From contig NC_090596.1 in the NCBI RefSeq assembly GCF_000497125.1, forward strand, positions 1,798,001-1,862,000: a stretch of 64,000 bases of DNA, given 5' to 3'. The translations under genes were made by a program, and so were the position numbers. This DNA is from Spironucleus salmonicida (taxonomy: Eukaryota). This document shows, one piece after another, positions 12,506 through 26,630 of this stretch (its first letter is position 1; each line of letters starts with the position of its first letter). The notes beneath the pieces were generated by a model. The model made no database searches. It saw only the letters and a list, made by a program, of their open reading frames with translations, and was not told the DNA's origin.

Positions 12506-12730
12506 TCAAATACTTAGACTCAGATCGTATTCACTTGAATCCTAGTCTATTCCTAAACTTTCTATCTTGCTAATTTGATTATAGGTTATAATTTAGCTAT
12601 AATGATTTCCAAATACTATACTTGATTGCGGGCTCTAGACCTCATCTAATTCCATATTTGATTGGTCTTCTTGTAATTCAATATGTACTTGCTATCCAAC
12701 AAATGTTTCTGCGGAAATGCAATTTCCCAT
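12506..12730 (-). CDS. Small acidic protein with N-terminal myristoylation/palmitoylation motif (74 aa)
   Basis: Begins MGNCISAE; acidic and Ser-rich remainder. Confidence 0.55.
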
Positions 12731-12783
12731 TTTTAATTTAAGAAAAAAATGGTGAATTAATATTATATAATATAAAATAAATA

Positions 12784-13416
12784 TCATTTTTTTCTAATAA
12801 TCTTGCCTAAACCTTTTCTTCCGCTTGGTTGATTCAGATTCACACTACAACTCGCATTTTAAATTTTCGTAATAACTGGTGTATCAGTAATCATCTCTTT
12901 CACATCAAGAATTTACATCTCCTATTTATAATTCTCCACTTATAGTTTCGCGTTAGGCTATTCTTATTAGTTAGTTATCACTGATTATTATATAGTTGTT
13001 TAATTTGTATTAGTGGAAGCTTAATCTTCAAATTTATATGATATCTCTGGAATATTCATTAACTAAACCAAATCTTTTAATGCAGATTTTTAAAGCAAAT
13101 CTCTATATGGTTGCAAACCATCACTAACAGATGGGTAATTTATTGGTTTTGTAATACTAAGGCTTTTACAATAAGTTTCAAATTTCTTGTTTCCACCAGA
13201 AATAATCAATTTAACATTTTCTTAAGACCATTTATCTAAATCAACTGATTTCATGAATGAAACCGCTACGCCATATGATCTATGCTTTCCAGCACAATTA
13301 ATACATAAAAATATTCCTAAGCGGACTGAACACCATGTAGGATTAGACGAAGAACAGTCATGACAACATTACTATTACTTAGCAAAATCTATAGCAATTT
13401 ATCTAAAATCTTCCAT
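12784..13416 (-). CDS. ADP-ribosylation factor GTPase-activating protein (ArfGAP, 210 aa)
   Basis: CHDCSSSNPTWCSVRLGIFLCINCAGKHRSYGVAVSFMKSVDLDKW..GGN zinc finger with catalytic Arg. Confidence 0.93.
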
Positions 13417-13465
13417 TCTACAATTAAAATACTAAATATTATGATATAAACAATATATAATTAAA

Positions 13466-13645
13466 ATGTCATTTTTTGATAAATCTTATACTAGAGTATT
13501 TTTTTATGGGTTATTTTTAATACCAATTATATAAGGTATTTTATTAGTGGATATTAATATAAAGGTAGCATTAACTTTAGTATCTATTGGAACATGTGGG
13601 GAGATTTTTGTAGTTAAACAGTTTAGAAAGTTTATTAAAAAATGA
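13466..13645 (+). CDS. Small hydrophobic (membrane) protein, 59 aa
   Basis: ATG in AAAATG context; two hydrophobic stretches and a basic tail; fills the gap between genes. Confidence 0.45.
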
Positions 13646-13677
13646 GATAATATATATATTTTATAATATTGTACAAA

Positions 13678-14835
13678 ATGTCAAAGTCTTTCTTAATAGA
13701 GTCCTTCTTTTCGCATAATAATGAAAGTGATAATGTATAATTACTGATGATGAGAAATAATTTACCATTCATAATTAGCATTGTCAAAACAGATTGGACA
13801 TTTGATTTAGGATAATAGTTATATAAGTATTTTTTAGTCAGTGTATACCATTAAAAAAATCAATTATTATAGGAACTTTTAAACACTGTATTATTACCAT
13901 AAATTATAACTGAATATTAGAGGTTATTCATAGACTAAAAAATAGAATATGACTAATAATTACTTACTCATAAGATTTTATTTAAATCATTATTTGATAA
14001 TAATATTTAAAGAATTATTACCACAGCATCTATCTATGAGGTAGATTAAGAGTTTAAAGATTAGCTAGTTGTAGAATTGAGTAATATTGAATAGGGATAA
14101 TTAAAGTTAATATTAAAATTAGTACTAGAATATCCATTACCTAATAATATATTTGTTATATAATTTTATCAATTTTTAATAGATTTCATTGTCTAAAATT
14201 CCAACTATGATATATTAGTTGTTAATGCTATTTTAAAATATGGACCACAGAATTTAGGTTTAATTCTTGATACGAATTATAAAAACATTATTAAATTACT
14301 ATCTTAGTATTATAACCCAAAAGATATTTCGTTATCCTGGAGTTAACGGGTAACGTTTGTTTAGATGGTAAACTAGGAATTTATAGATAAAAAAAAATAT
14401 TTTTCTAAATTATTTCGCTTTGTTTAGATGAAGTATAATATATTTAATATTTCAAATCAAATTAATTAAATTAATTAACTATATTAACTAGAAAGCTTGA
14501 GATCATTACAATTTCTAGTAGACTATTAAACAGCATTAGAAACGAAAGATATAGGTCATCTTAACTTAGTGGTAATATTTGGCCCTGACAAAATTTTATT
14601 AACTCATTGTTTACTATTTATGAAATCTATTATATTTAGGTTATAATAATTTATTCATGGTTTATCACAACAGGTTACACGTAAGTTATTACAAAGTGAC
14701 ATTCTTCTGCTTTAAACTAGAATTCCACTAAGTTTAATTTTCGAGCTTTAGGAGTTTATATATGGTCCATAATATTTGAAATAGTAATTGATATAGCTAG
14801 TTAATGAAATCTCACTTAATATTAAAAATAAATGA
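13678..14835 (+). CDS. Hypothetical protein (385 aa)
   Basis: TGA-free frame with Leu/Ile/Gln-rich helical composition. Confidence 0.65.
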
Positions 14836-17145
14836 ACTTCTATTTGTCCTAAAATATTTTTACAAGTCACAATCTTTAATATCTTCTGTAAGATATTTGA
14901 AAGGCTTTTTAACCTTTCCAGTTTTTTAAATCTCTTTCTACAATTCCATATCTTTTTAATATCTCATTGAATTCAATTTAGCAATTTCATCTAGTTTCTA
15001 TTTCAATATTGATGATTCTATCTTAATTTATTTACAGGATTCAGGTTCTGTATCATTTCGAATTGGCATATATTTACCACTTGGTCTGTCAAATTTTGTA
15101 AATTGAAATTTTTCAAATGACTTAAATTTAGATAAAAGTTATTCTCCTATTTTTTAATCTTGATTATCAACATACCGCTGATTCAATGGAGGTTAGTTTA
15201 ATTCATCTAAATTAAGATTTTCTAAACTTTTTGTAGATATACTGAACTGAAATTTTTTGCTTAGTGATATGTTTGTTGGTTCAATATTTTAGAATAGATC
15301 TGTAAAATCTGGGTCATCGTTTTAATACTATGGCCTTACTTTGTCATTAATATACAGAACTTTTTGATAATCATCAAAATTTGTTAAAAGTAACCGTGAA
15401 TTATTAAGCTTTTCCTTGTATGTCTGTAATAAATCGTCATCATTAAGTTATAATTCTAAATCTCTTGTTCGTTCATATTTAACTGCTTCTTTATTTATTT
15501 TTTAATGGTCAATAATGCACTTTTCTTTTCTAGATTTTGCTATTTCGTTATCTTTTTTACATTTGAGTTCAAATTGGATAATCTATTGCCGTACACCTTA
15601 TTATTACTAAAGCATATTATTTAAGTTTTGAATATTAGATTCTTTAACAGTTGCTAGCACTACTCTATCACAAGCAAAACATATTTGATTTTCATTTGCA
15701 CGGCTAGTTTCACTGTCTTCTTCTACAAATTTAGTTGATACTTTAGATTCATTCTTTTATATATCTTAGAAAAATTGAGTATATTTTGATTTGACATAAT
15801 CATACTTATTTATACAATTTACACTATCTTATTTTAGATTTACTATATTTTTAGATCGAATTGTTTAAGAAGTATTGTTTATCAATCGTGTATCTGTTCT
15901 ACATTTACCATTCCCAAAATTTATTACTGGTTTATTTTTTAACCTTTCAACGCTTTATGATTTCAGAAGATTTGAATTTCTTGAAGACAAAGCTTTTATA
16001 TTTTAGCTGGATTGAAATAATTACTTATTATCTAACTCAAATTTTTAATCAAAAATTTATATTGGTTAAATAAATTCTTGTCGCTTCTTAGCTATATCTT
16101 ATTCATGCCTATTTAATTAAGATCTCATACTAACCTAGCTATCTTTGAAGCTACTACTCTATATTAAACTTCCTTAACTAGGTTAACCTTAAAACTGATC
16201 GAATATATAATTTCTAAAATCTTGCTCTATCAACATTTTTTGATCGCTCTTAATATCTTTTACTTTGCTTAATTTTACCATCCCCATAAATATCCGTGAC
16301 ATTTTAGCTAAAGATTTCCAAATAGTCTTTTAAAATACATTCGGCTATAGATATTATTATATTTATGCAACCTTGAAGTCGCCTAGCTGTGGAATATAGA
16401 ATAAAAATATTTCATACATTGTCATCTATGTTCCAGGTAGGGTGATATCTCCTTATCTAAATTTAAACTAGTTAAATGCCCAAAATTAAATTTTTTAAAA
16501 ATCAAAAATTAAATTTCCTTATAAGCCAGGAATATTTAATTATTAGTTTACTTATAAGGCAACGGGAATTTGATGAAATTATTCACACGCGGCTCTCATA
16601 GATTCTACAATCGCTAGATATTCAATATTTTCTAGGATTGGTTAATTCAGTAACGCAGATAATAAGGAATATGTTCGTTATTAGTTATTAGTTTTTGATG
16701 AGATAAACAGTTTCAAAGCTAATAACACAGAGTTTGAGATTTTCATGTAATTGTCTAGAAAAGATCTATTAATTAGGTTATTTCCCTCTGTAAGAGCTAG
16801 TAATAAGTTTTCCGGTTCATTAAGACCTGCAAAAATTGCAGCCTTAATAAAATATAATTGTTTATCTGGAATTAAGTATAAAGATTTTTATAATTTATTT
16901 TACGCTAAGTCGAATTTCTGCTAAAATAATTCGCACAATGCTTATTGTGCATAGATATCTGATACAATGACAGTAAAATGTGTCTTATATTGATATTATG
17001 CATAGTTTGGTAAGAACTTAAAATAAATCTCTAATATATGATGAGCATTCTGTAATGAATTTATAGTATCTTGATATTTTTGGTCTTTATATGTATACTA
17101 TGACTTATTTATTGCAATATTTGCTTTTTCACAAATATCTAGCAT
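14812..17145 (-). CDS. Hypothetical protein (777 aa) with TPR-like N-terminus
   Basis: TGA-free frame; AQQALCELFQQKFDLAQNKLQKSLYLIP is TPR-like; ends AAG-TGA. Confidence 0.7.
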
Positions 17146-17181
17146 TTTTTAATTTTTATAATATTGTATAATATAGTCAAA

Positions 17182-20100
17182 TCATTTCATTAGTTTCGTT
17201 AGGTCTAGTTCTTACAATTGCTAACTTCCATTTGTCATAAGCACAGATTATTGTTGTGACTATCTTAATTCTGTTGTTAAATTATCCTTCTGAGTAATAA
17301 GGTGCTATACAACTTTTTCAAATTCAACCGAATTTTTTCGAATTTATACTTTAAGGAAGTCATTTGTTTATTCTTATTCTTATACTTATTGTTATAATTC
17401 ATTAATTTTGCTTTATAATTATTAGATATTACTATTATGGTTAATTTTACTACTCATGATAATTGAATTTTCTTACTGTTTGATTTAAACTTAACTATTT
17501 AAATTTTATAATTACACAGATAATTCTTAATTAACTTAATTGGCTTAAGTATACTTTACTTATAACTCATTATATTAAATTTAAATCTATTATAATTATT
17601 ATTCTAATTAGGGTAGTTTTAATATCTAATTATTGTAAGTTTTCATTTCTTATTCTCCTTATTCAAGTTTTATCTTCAGATCATTAAGAGTAACAAATTA
17701 TTAATTTAAAATGTGAGTTTGTTCAGTTTATTTATCAATTAATTATTTGTTCTCGTCCAATGCTGATTTCATTTTACCCTCAGTTGTATTAAGATTTACT
17801 AATTTTTCTTCATAACTAGTTATTTACTATAACTATATATGAAGTTATTATTACAATTTGTTATTATTCTATTATGTAGAGGTAAGTTCTTTCTACAATT
17901 CGAAAATCTATTCTTTTAAACAATCTCTAAGGGATAATGCATCTGCCAAATCAGCTAATTTTTAAGCATAGCTACTATTTTATTCTTATAAAGTTTTATA
18001 ACCTAATGTATTCTACTCTAATTCAATATATAACTATTTAATCTCTTGTAGTTATTCATTTTCTAAGAGTAATTTCTAGTTTTCTACTTAAATAGTTGCA
18101 AATGCTTATGCATCATTTTATAATATACTATTATCATTCTTTAGCTAAAGATTTTATGATGAAGCATGCTAAATAGTAAGTAATTATGATGTCAATTCAA
18201 TTTACTATTCATCTACCTGTTTAGTTAAAGTTTAAAGCTAAATTTAATCTGATTATATAAATTACTACAAGGTTACTAAGCCATTAACAATATCCTATTC
18301 GGAAATTTAATTACTATTTAAAATTTGATTAACTAAAGAATAAACTTATTGGTTATCTTAAGTTAATTAGAAGATTTAAACTGCGACTTAACTTAAATCA
18401 GTTACAATATCTTAGGCGGTTAATATATCAAGACATTAATAATTAGTCGCACTAACTAGTTATGCCTATATTTTCTTATATTCGTCAATGAAGGTGTTAG
18501 ATTCTATTTCTTTTTATTGTAAACACTGATTATATAAATCAAGATTTTCCTCTAGTTCTCTTTAAGTATCTAGTTTTTCCTACAAAATTACTATCTATTA
18601 CTAAAGATCAACAATGATTTTTTATTTACTAGCTTGCTCTTAAGAAATATTGCTTTAGTTTATTTGTGAATTTTATTTATTTAATTCAGTTTGAGTGTTT
18701 AAACTCTAACAGAAGCTTTCTAGTTCTTATTTTTAACTCACTAGAGCGTTAATTTATTCATTAAATATAAATTCTTAATCTAGTTTTTATTGTAATTATT
18801 ATCTAATTTTAATGATATCTTTCTCTTGATTTTATATAACAGAACAGTATTCATCAATAGATTAATAATTAAGTGAAGTTTATGTACATTAAGTAACACA
18901 TTATGTTTTAACAGAATTAATTGGGGTTCTTTTATATGATGTAAAAACTTTTTGCTCTGTCACTAACATATTACCCTATGATGCTTACAAATTCATCTTA
19001 GGAGTATCATTATTTAATGCATTATAATCTAAACTTAGTTTTGTATTGCTTAATTCTTTTTAGTCGCTACAATATTGTAACTAATCTTCTAAATACAGTT
19101 TCTAATTTTATAGTTCTAAAATTTATGCCTTAAGAGAATTATTTTCATTCTAAATAAATTAGAGACTATCTTAAAATTATTATTTTACAGCCATAAATGT
19201 ATCCTCTGCTTATTGTTGCAGTTATTATTATACATGCTAATTTGCTTCATATTATTATTACTTGCTAGTTAATAATTCTATTTCATTTTAAAGTTTTTGA
19301 TTTATATTTTCTAATTATTAAACTTATTGGTGTAAATTATCACTATGTTTAAAGTTTTTATCTCGTTAGTCTAAATATGTTTATTATTAAGTTTTAAATG
19401 AATTAAATTAGACTTCAATAACTTAATATTTAGCTATTTAATCAAGTAAATCATCTATCTATTATTTTTATTTAGAATTTTTATTTTTGCATAATTAATA
19501 TTCTTCGAAATCGATAACTTCCTTATTAGACGTAATATTATTAGCTTATTATCTAAATTATTACAATTATAATTCTAAGTCTTATATTTTGATCATATTA
19601 TCTTAATCTTTCATTTTAACTTAAAATATCTAAGTAGATAAATCTGAATTTTTAGAAAATAGGTCATCTATATGCTATTATGATGATTTATTATCATTTT
19701 CTTTTATATCAAGCTCTTATTTCACCCGTTTAAGCTAATTCTGCAAATTTTTAAATTCCATAAGCTAGTTTTAAATATCTTATGTTTCCTTCTCTAGATT
19801 GATAGACTTAGTTTTAAAATAATCAACTTCTTTTTACAAATTTTCATTATTCTTCTTACACAATGTAATCTGATTATCAAGCTTCATATTAGCATCAATT
19901 TGGTCTTGTACTTTACTTTCCAAGTCTTAAATTTAGAGCTGGAACTAATTTATTACTATTTTACTGTTCTCAATTTTTAGGTCACTATCTACCTTTAACT
20001 ATGTAAAACTAATGATTTATGCTTCAAGTTTAATTTTCTAACTTGAGAAACTAGTTACTTGTTCTGTAAGAGAGCAAATTTAAGACAATTAATCTCTAAG

Positions 20101-21378
20101 TTTAGTATCATTAGATTGATACAATTCATCTAATTTAGTGTTAAATGATTAACTTTTAACTTAAAATTATTGCTATAGCTGCATATAGAGAAGTTATTAC
20201 TAGTCTAGTTCCTTTTGGGAATTTTCTTAAGTTCGTTCAGTTTTTTGTTATGCTTATAACAACTCATTTTTGAGTTAGCTATTTTCTTATTAAAGTTATA
20301 TATAGTGCTATTATGTATCCTAAAGTTAGCAGGATAGATCATTAATCTGTAATAATTAGTTTCCATGTTCCATGGTCGTCTATTAATTTGCAATTTATTC
20401 AGTCTTAAAGAGTTAAATTTAAGTCTCTAAGTTATTATTTTAATCTTTCTGCTAAATAAGTTAGTTGTTTAAATGTAGAACTTAATTTTATAATTATTGG
20501 GCTTAATCAATAGTATTTTACATATTTTCTATTTTTATTTTAGAAGAATGATATTATTAGCTCATAATGTTGTTATCAACATTTAACTGCTCAATTTATT
20601 CTTAGAGATTATTTATAATATTATTATATTTAGTGTTTGCTTCTTCAAATTTCGTTATTTTTAAATTAGATTGTTATTCGAATTATTTCATATTAGCCAC
20701 ATTATCTGCTTATTCAATCTATATTTAATCAATATAAATATCTCGTTCCTTAATTGCTTCCTTCATTTCTTGTAGTTTTTATACTAGCTATGAATTTTTC
20801 TACTAAAAATTAATTAATTATTGAGACTGAGCTTCTAGCTTAAGTAAATTTTCTTAATTAAGCATTTAATAATTTTAGTCTTTTGAAGAAAAGGTTTTAA
20901 TAATATTCTATTATTCATTAAATTTTGTCTAAATTTCTTAAACAGTTTATGCCAATTATTTGACTTGCTACTATAATAATTGATTTTACTATTATGAATT
21001 TTAATGTTATTCTTATAATTCTGTAATTGTTTACTTCGATAATTATAAAGTTCCTTATAGTTCTTGAGACATTTATTGACTCTTTTCTAAATTTTAACAA
21101 GTACGTCTCAGACCAATGATGTCTGCACTCAAAGATGAATTTTTACGTAAAATTTCATCCTTTTCATTATCTAATTCATATATTCCTTTTAGTATTTGTT
21201 CAAAAGCGGTTATAGCTGCATTAGGATCAATAGTTGGAATTTATTAAGCCTATTATAAAAAATCTGAGACATTTAGACCACCCTATTGCTTAACTTCTTA
21301 ATAAAAAGATTTCTGAGAGTTAGGAAAGTTCTAATTCTGTAGGTATTGCAGGATGATTCCATATTCTAAATTTTTCAT
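17182..21378 (-). CDS. Giant Gln-rich coiled-coil protein with N-terminal LisH-like motif (~1398 aa)
   Basis: LEYGIILQYLQNQNFPNSQKSFYQE fits LisH; long Q/E/L/K heptad region; both ends in the same frame (interior spot-checked). Confidence 0.75.
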
Positions 21379-21438
21379 TAAAAAATTAATTTAAAAATTA
21401 AATAATTATATTCAATATTAGTAAATAATTTTTCAATT

Positions 21439-22011
21439 ATGAAGACTAAAAGCGATTTACACCCATTCGTATTATTTCATTAAGAGTTAGCAATTGATTG
21501 CTCTAAAATTTAAATACAATCATAAGAATCAGCTATTACCCTATAAGAATATATTAGCAAAAGATAAGTATTAATTTCTAAAGTAGTAATGCAAATAAAT
21601 AATATCAGCGAAATGAAATAGTTTTCTAACTAAAATATTGAAACTTTAACAAATGTCTACGACAATTAACCCATTTTTAAATCAGAGTTACTAATAAAGT
21701 TTGAATAATTAGAAATATAAAAAATTGATTCATAAACTAACTAAATTAAAGATAAAAATACTAAAATCAACGAACTTATGGATAATTATGAATTATTGGA
21801 GTAAAAATTATAAGAATTATTATAAAATAAGCATGAGCAAAACTGGAATGCATTAAATACCCAAGAGGATTTACAAAGCATTGCCAAAGTAGAGAAAGAG
21901 CCAGAGAACGTATAGACTTAGGATGAACATATTAACGACTATATCAAAGATAAGGATCAAGAATTACAATAAATTATCCAAGAGGTATAAGAAAATGTTA
22001 TTGAGATATGA
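21439..22011 (+). CDS. Hypothetical coiled-coil protein (190 aa)
   Basis: TGA-free frame, E/Q/K-rich. Confidence 0.65.
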
Positions 22012-22216
22012 TTTCTTTCGGATTTTATTTTACAGAATTTGAAAATCGTAACATTAAATAAATTTTCACAATACCATTATGTATTTTCATCACTCAAGTA
22101 ATTCAGAAGTGTTAATAATTAAATTTTATTAAGTTCTAATTAATTCACTTTAAAAATCTATTAATTAAACAATATCAAATATATATTTATTTTACATTCA
22201 AATTTTAAAATTTATA

Positions 22217-23236
22217 ATGTCCCTCAAACAAGGCTCTACGGTTAAAAAGCAATCAGACCCTCTATAAAGAATTATTCCAAAAAATCCAAAATATGATAAT
22301 GCAAAGTCTTCAATAAATACTGGATAAGATGCTAAGAAGTTCTAAGATAAAATTGCATCAAATAATAATTATGGGGCACATCAAGTGGGTAAAGGTTTCA
22401 AGCGTATTCGGATGAATACCCTAGCAAAGTGGGTGGAAACTGCAATCTTGGTGTTGTCGTAGCCGGATTATTTTGAATCTAAAGAGTCTATTTTTGACTA
22501 TTAGGAGTGTGAATCATACCAGGCTCCCATGTCTGCATCTAACTTATCACTTTCTATGGCTGAAAGCGAAGCTTCTGTGTGTGGAGAAGAAAAGGGCGTC
22601 CCACCTATGTTCATGAAAGGATAGGATATTTAAGAAATTTTAGATAATAGAAAAGATCAGTCCGAATACATGCCTAGTAATAATTCTAGACCTGTTTCCT
22701 AAAATTAATCTGCTTAATTTTTCAAAGATAAAAACTAAGCTTCTACTGTTCTTGTTGAAACGCCTACTGATTTAAGTAGTGTCTAGTCATTAACAACAAG
22801 AGAACGCCATCAAAAAGTTATTTCAAGAATTCATTTACTCCCTGAATTGAAGTTAGAAATCTTCAAATCAATTGAAGACAGCAAGGCTCCTAGACGCATT
22901 TAGTATTTGCCATTATTGACTAATTCTAAACAATTCGTAGTAGTTGATATGCGCCCTGATGTTCAGGATTTCTCAAGATAGCATATATTTGGTGCTGTTC
23001 ATTTGCCAATGTCATAGCTTAGAAGGGCTACTCATAGAATGCCCTAAGATTTACATTATTTTGTAAAATTTGACGAATCTATAGTTGTTGTGGTTGGGTT
23101 ATAAGGTTCTTCATTAGAAGAGGGTGGCTAAATGTTAGCAGAGTATGGATTAGCAGAAAGAAACATTGTTTTACTGCTCTAAAGTTTGGAAGAGATAGAA
23201 AAAGAGTTTCCTAATATTATGGTAAGAGACAATTGA
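22217..23236 (+). CDS. CEP41: CEP41-like centrosomal/ciliary rhodanese-domain protein (339 aa)
   Basis: N-terminal RIIPKNPKYDNAKSSINTG and FKRIRMNTLAKW match the CEP41 pattern; rhodanese VVVDMRPDVQDFSRQHIFGAVHLP. Confidence 0.8.
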
Positions 23237-23244
23237 GGAATTTT

Positions 23245-24651
23245 TCACTCTATTTATTATATATCTATAGCTGACTAGAAATTTTCATCATTTTCTGTCC
23301 ACTAAATTATAAGTCTGTTCCTGTTACTTATTGTATATTAATCTATTTACGCTCTAGTATTAAATAAAACATAGTTAACGTGTTCTTCCTATGCTATTTC
23401 ATATGTTTCTAGTGTTTATAAATTTTCTTAAATTCTTCCCATAAACCATTCTTGCTTTTCCTCCTCGTTAATAATTGATATTTAAATAATTTATATAACA
23501 TCTTTGTATATAAATAGGGCACTTTTTCTTGTCTTATGGAAGCAAAATCTCTGCATTTCTAACTCTTTTTGTTATACTACTTCAGCAATCATACCATAAT
23601 TAACCAAATAATTTTATGTTTATACTACAAGAGTTGAATCAGGAAGAATTAGAATATCATCTATTTTAAGCGTCTTATTGAATATGGATTTCAATACTTA
23701 ATTGGATTTTATCGACATAGATTTCACTAATTCAAATTATCTAACAAAATGTAATGTTTACTAGTCCGGTGATGCATATACGACAATATTACCTTATTGA
23801 CTATAATCATAGATTAGTTTCTCATAATACTTATTAAGCTTACATGAACAATGCATTATGCAACTTAGAGGGTTTTTCTTATTCTCCATAATAATATAAC
23901 TATCGAATCTGCCTGCAATAACAATATTCTAGTCAGGAAAACACGTTCTAAACTAGTAACTTAGTGTGCGAGCAACTCCAGTCAAATAAATAACATCATC
24001 CCCGTGAACCTCCGGACTTTCAATTTCCTCGTGTTCATCATCGCTATCCTCACGTAAATCATCAAATTTGAGCTCTTCCTGAACTGTTTCAGTGTCTTTA
24101 TTTTCAAAGAACTGAAAACGTTAAAACGTATACTTATTTGTGTTAGACTTAGTAATTAGTATTATTTCTTAGTTAAAATCAAATTGTAGTGTTTTACAGC
24201 GCTCACGAAAGTTAAATACCTATCTTTTGTCGTTAACATAATCAACAATTTAAAGCTAGTACTGATTTTTACGCACTTTAAAATATAGGGCTAAAAGATT
24301 ATTAAAAATAGCTAAATGGGTAGGAAAACTTGTTTAATGTGTGTGAACTAGCTATATTTCATTTATCGTGGAATATACATCAATTTTTTCATTTTGGTAA
24401 ATTGCAAAATAGTCATTTTTAAATGTTAATTTTGAGTGCTTTAATTTATTTTAAATGGTGGATAAAACTTTGAAACTAGAATCTAGAAGTTTAATCTCAT
24501 TAGCACAAATTGCTAAAATTTTATTACTAGTTTTAAAAATATTTACTGGAACAAAGTCCAACTTTTCTATATGAATCGGTTTAAAGTCTTCTTGTGTCCT
24601 GAATGTGGTGACTTGGAGTGATTCCTATTATTTAGATACTTGTATAAACAT
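23245..24651 (-). CDS. Hypothetical protein (468 aa), WD40/beta-propeller-like with helical C-terminus
   Basis: TGA-free frame; short beta-strand patterns, acidic loop DDLREDSDDEHEE; ends GAG-TGA. Confidence 0.65.
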
Positions 24652-25137
24652 TATTTAACTTCGTTGGTTAGTAAGGTTATTTTAATATATATATTATTTA
24701 TTAAATTGATTATAGTTTTATGTAAAGGTATTTTTAAGTCACAATACTTATTACCGTTTTTAATAAGTATATCTATATTAGCAAATAATCTAAAATGAGT
24801 TTATCAGATCTGTGTAGCATTATTAATTTAAATATTTTATTAATTTTATGATTATACGTTAAATTTCATATAATTTTCTCTATTCATACTTAAAACAATA
24901 GTGATAATACTAAAATAATTATTTCCTATATAAATGCAGATTTTTACTTATATAATTTCATAACTAACCTAATTGCTACCTGATTGTTTAACTTAAAACT
25001 ATTGAATAGAATTAAAATAAACTGCCTTGATACAGATTTCATGAAAATACATGGTAGAGTCTTGTTAAGATATTTAATAAATATTTATGTTATATATATT
25101 AAATTGTAGTTATAAACTAAATTTATAATTAAAAAAA

Positions 25138-25815
25138 ATGAATATCAAAAAAATCAAGCTAAATTTATTAAATGCATATGTTACTAATAGAGAACTTTTT
25201 AACTTTATCCATACTATTGATTATAAATTGATTATGTAAATAACAACATATTTTATAAAACATGATTTTCATTCTAGTTATATTTCAACACCTATAGAGT
25301 CTTTTTCCAGTTGTAAGTAGTTATTATTAAGAGATAAAATTTCACAGTTATGTATAAAATACAAATCAATTTAGTTCAGTTTAAACCCAACATTATTATT
25401 ATTCTCAATGAATAAGCCTAGAGTTTAATTTTGCAACATTGTTGAAGGTATTACATTTTTGCTAACATTATTTCATACATCGAATCTCAATTTATATTTA
25501 GAATAAAAATTTCCCAGTGATCTTATATTATAATATCAAGTTAAGGTTCAGTATGTACGATGGGATTCCCAATTATTAAATTTAATAAAAAGCCCATTTC
25601 ATGAAAAATTATAATAAATTCGTAAAGATTATTTTTTACTTGAATTATAATTTGAAAATCCAATTTAAGAATGTAGTAGTTTATAAAGTCCTGTTAAAAC
25701 TTTTAATTTCCGTTAAAATACACCTCTATCACAAAATTTATTTAAATATCCATAAGCACCAAACCATGATATTAAGTTGCGATAAAGGGCAAAATCAGCA
25801 TATTAAATTAAATGA
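25138..25815 (+). CDS. Hypothetical protein (225 aa)
   Basis: ATG after an A-run, TGA-free frame. Confidence 0.5.
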
Positions 25816-26589
25816 TCATTACATTTCACTAATTTTTTTCTTTGTATTTTCATCTCCAATTGATAAAATTTAACTATAGTCTATTTATTCAATGGAAACG
25901 CCTTTGTTTAAATCATATACATCAGATTCAATTAATATAGCACTAGCTCTTTATTTTGCATTATTTTAATTTTCTTTCAGTTCAGCTAATAGTATCGCCC
26001 TTGATATAAAGAAAAGCTGATTTATTGATCCAAAGATATGCTTTTGCGAGTTAATTAAGTTTTCAATACTGATATAGTCACCTTATTAAATATATTAAAA
26101 TATTTATTCATTAAATTTATTTAGATATTATGTGCAGCTTTCAATCAAGTCTAGTCTTCCACAAAAAATAAGTACTGGAAACACCACATTAATAGAAGTT
26201 TCTTTATCGAAAATAAGTGCTATCTACGCATTTTACAATCTTTATATCACAAGACCATCTTAGGAGTAGAAGGATGCAAGTTATGCAATCTGTTGAGGTG
26301 AAAATTCATTAATCTTTATATCTTTAAACCCTTTATTAACATTAGAAAGATTAAATTAGGATAATATAGACTATTAAATAATAAAGCAGTCTTATTTTTA
26401 CCTTTAATCCATAATATGGTGCTGTAATTTCATTCTATAAAATCCAGTAGCTTAAATTGCAGCTTCTCTACCGATTGAAGTGAATGATGAAAATGTAATA
26501 AAAAGTTGAATATATTTGTCTACATTTTCTTTAACATCTTAGTCTGATATTTAAGCAAACACTGTTTATGCATTTTGGGGCGTAATCAT
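25816..26589 (-). CDS. Hypothetical helical protein (257 aa)
   Basis: TGA-free frame with protein-like composition (MITPQNAQTVFAQISDQDVKENV...). Confidence 0.65.
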
Positions 26590-26630
26590 TATGTGATAGA
26601 AATATTTATTAATATATAATATAATATTTA

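Noticed and set aside
11680-12830. Plus-strand acidic ORF (EDERDVDGEDDDSEEDD) with internal TGAs
   Set aside because: Antisense shadow of the Ser-rich N-terminus of the minus-strand CHFR-like gene.
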